Sequence record: MH464253
Reading direction: 5' to 3' (one strand)
Source of the DNA: Shigella phage SFPH2
Length of the DNA stretch: 40,387 nucleotides
The translations under genes and the position numbers were made by a program. Shown here piece after piece: positions 38,615 through 40,387 of this stretch (its first letter is position 1; each line of letters opens with the position of its first letter). The notes under the pieces are model-generated. The model saw only the letters and a list, made by a program, of their open reading frames with translations, was not told the DNA's origin and ran no database searches.

Positions 38615-40387
38615 TTAGGCGAATGCAAAGTCAGATAGCAGAATGTCTTCGATGTTCAGTTTACCGCGCTTCGGCAGCTCAGGCAATTTGTCGCGCTGGC
38701 TCTCATGAAGCTGGTCCTCGAACTGCTCGTAGAAGTCTTGCAGAACATCGTTGTCTCGGTAGGTCTCGACCATCGTCTCACGGACTCCCTTGAACAGGAA
38801 CTCAGCGTCTGCCGGGATGGTCCCAAAGCTGTCGTGAATCACCGCGAAGGACATCACGCCATACTTGCGGTGGGTATGGACTACAGTCTTCCTCAGGTGA
38901 CTGCCATCCTGTGAGTGTACAAAGTTAGGGCTGATACCGGACTCCTGCTTGTGCTTGTCCAGCTCTTTCTTCGACCCTTTGTTGACTGTCGGTTGCAGGT
39001 TGAACGACCCAAGGAACAGGAGGTTCAGCCGTGTGGTGTCTTTCTTGCGGTATTCCTGCCAGACCGGGAACCCATCAGGTGTTACCCAGTGTACCGGAAG
39101 GCAAGGCTTCAGGATTTCGCCAGTCTTCTTGTCCTTCACTTCAGCAGCCAGTAGCTTGGCAGCGCCTTGAAGCCACTTCATCGCGTCAACCGCAGCAACT
39201 ACGGTCACACTCACGGCGTCCCATATCATCTTAGCCATGAAGCGAGACGCTTGGCTTGGGTCGGTGAACATTGCGCCTTTACCGCTGTCAATCGCTGGCA
39301 TCACGGTGTCCTCAAACACTTGGTCCGCGAACCCGTATTCTTTCGACCCGTAGGCCAGAGTCATGACCGAGCGTTTAGTGACCGAGCGTGACATCCCGTA
39401 GGTCAGCCACTGTCGAGCCAGCTCACGGGTCCCAAGGACCAGACGCTCAGTAATCTCGCCTGTCTTCTTGTCCTCAAAGGTCTTCATTTCGTTGTCGCTC
39501 CCGTTGACCAGCAGTTCCTTGAGCTGTTCTTCCACCCGGTCGGACACAATGCGGTAGATGTCTTGGACCTTCCCGCTTGGCGTCAGGTTTACCGCATGTC
39601 CACCAACGTGGTCACGGAGCATAGCGCTGAAGTGCTGAATCCCGGAGCAGGACCCATCGAACGCGATAGGCAGTGAGCAGGAGTAACTCAGCCCGTGGTG
39701 CATGACTCCAGCATACTCAAAGCAGAACGCTAGGAAGCAGAACGGAGAGTCTAACCGGCCCCACCAATCAATGCTGTCCATCGGATTCTTTGCTGCTGAG
39801 AGGATGTTGTCGTGGTTGTCTTCGACCCACTTGATGCGCTCCTCAAAGGTGACTTTATCGACACCCGCGCAGTTTGCACCATGTACCTTCAGCCATTTGA
39901 AGCCGTCCGCACCGATTGGTTTACCGACCGCCAGAGTCAGCAGGCCCTTCTGCATATCGTTGCCTTGAGGGTTGAACATCGGGACAGCGTACACTCGGCC
40001 CCGCCAGTCCATGTTGTACGGGAACCAGATGGCCTTAAACTGAGAGAACTTGTTAGCCTGTGAGACGATGAAGCTCAGGGACAAGCGGCGCGACTGTCGG
40101 GCCTTCTCGCGTCGATAGATGCCAGCCGCAGACTTCTTCCAAGCCTTAAGCTCCTCCTCGGTCTCACCCGCATAGTCTTCAGGCTTCAGTGGCTCCATCT
40201 GAGGGATGTCAGCGATAGGCGTGTTATTCAGCTTCTCGACCATGTTCACCACTTCCAGCACCTTCTTGTTTACCTTCCAAGGAGTCTGCTGAATGATGTT
40301 CACTGCCTCTACCACTTCAGGCATGTACACGTCTTCGTAGCGCTGGACCGCAGCCTTAGACCCTAAGCGAATCAGTGGTAGAGGTCT
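38615..40387 (-). CDS. gp1: DNA-directed RNA polymerase, C-terminal part (continuation of 909..1 across the circular junction)
   Basis: Frame open to window edge; ...RYEDVYMPEV, FPYNMDWRGRVYAV.MFNPQGNDM.KGLLTLA, SPFCFLAFCFEYAGV.HHGLSY, GIQHFSAMLRD, SVMTLAYGSKE, HDSFGT, ends DFAFA as T7 RNAP. Confidence 0.97.
   Translation of the reverse strand, partial: RPLPLIRLGSKAAVQRYEDVYMPEVVEAVNIIQQTPWKVNKKVLEVVNMVEKLNNTPIADIPQMEPLKPEDYAGETEEELKAWKKSAAGIYRREKARQSRRLSLSFIVSQANKFSQFKAIWFPYNMDWRGRVYAVPMFNPQGNDMQKGLLTLAVGKPIGADGFKWLKVHGANCAGVDKVTFEERIKWVEDNHDNILSAAKNPMDSIDWWGRLDSPFCFLAFCFEYAGVMHHGLSYSCSLPIAFDGSCSGIQHFSAMLRDHVGGHAVNLTPSGKVQDIYRIVSDRVEEQLKELLVNGSDNEMKTFEDKKTGEITERLVLGTRELARQWLTYGMSRSVTKRSVMTLAYGSKEYGFADQVFEDTVMPAIDSGKGAMFTDPSQASRFMAKMIWDAVSVTVVAAVDAMKWLQGAAKLLAAEVKDKKTGEILKPCLPVHWVTPDGFPVWQEYRKKDTTRLNLLFLGSFNLQPTVNKGSKKELDKHKQESGISPNFVHSQDGSHLRKTVVHTHRKYGVMSFAVIHDSFGTIPADAEFLFKGVRETMVETYRDNDVLQDFYEQFEDQLHESQRDKLPELPKRGKLNIEDILLSDFAFA

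Overview
This 40,387-bp window is a complete, circularly permuted genome of a T7/T3-like podophage (Autographiviridae, T7-type gene order), with every gene on the minus strand. The window is cut inside gene 1 (single-subunit RNA polymerase): the N-terminal 303 codons run 909..1 and the remainder runs 40387..38615 in the same phase, so the two ends join into one intact gene (...GGGYWAKGR | RPLPLIRLGSKAAVQRYEDVYMPEV..., colinear with T7 RNAP). Reading the minus strand from 3717 downward and wrapping round: early region (T3-type SAM hydrolase, small ORFs, an HTH protein, 0.7-type kinase, RNAP), DNA-metabolism genes (1.1, 1.2, ligase, gp2, SSB, endonuclease I, amidase, primase-helicase, DNA polymerase, 5.5/5.7, exonuclease), then virion and lysis genes (6.5 to 7.3, portal, scaffold, capsid 10A/10B, tail tube 11/12, core 13-16, tail fibre 17, holin, terminase, spanins, 19.5), ending in a repeat-rich non-coding terminal region (3718-4852). 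I found twelve copies of a 23-bp phage promoter (consensus ACTAAACTATCACTATAGGGA, not the T7 or T3 promoter as I recall them), two intrinsic terminators at the T7 TE and Tphi positions, and a family of strand-specific RNA hairpins. Points worth a second look are a tail fibre carrying SGNH-esterase motifs, a non-T7 N-terminal domain on gp16, an apparently frameshifted middle gene, an antisense sigma70 promoter near the genome ends, and several unassigned accessory ORFs. No integrase, tRNA or CRISPR array was seen. Protein identities rest on my recollection of T7/T3 sequences and on motifs read directly from the ORF translations; no database search was run. The ORF track labels GTG/TTG starts as M, so several starts were re-placed on ATG codons with a Shine-Dalgarno sequence.
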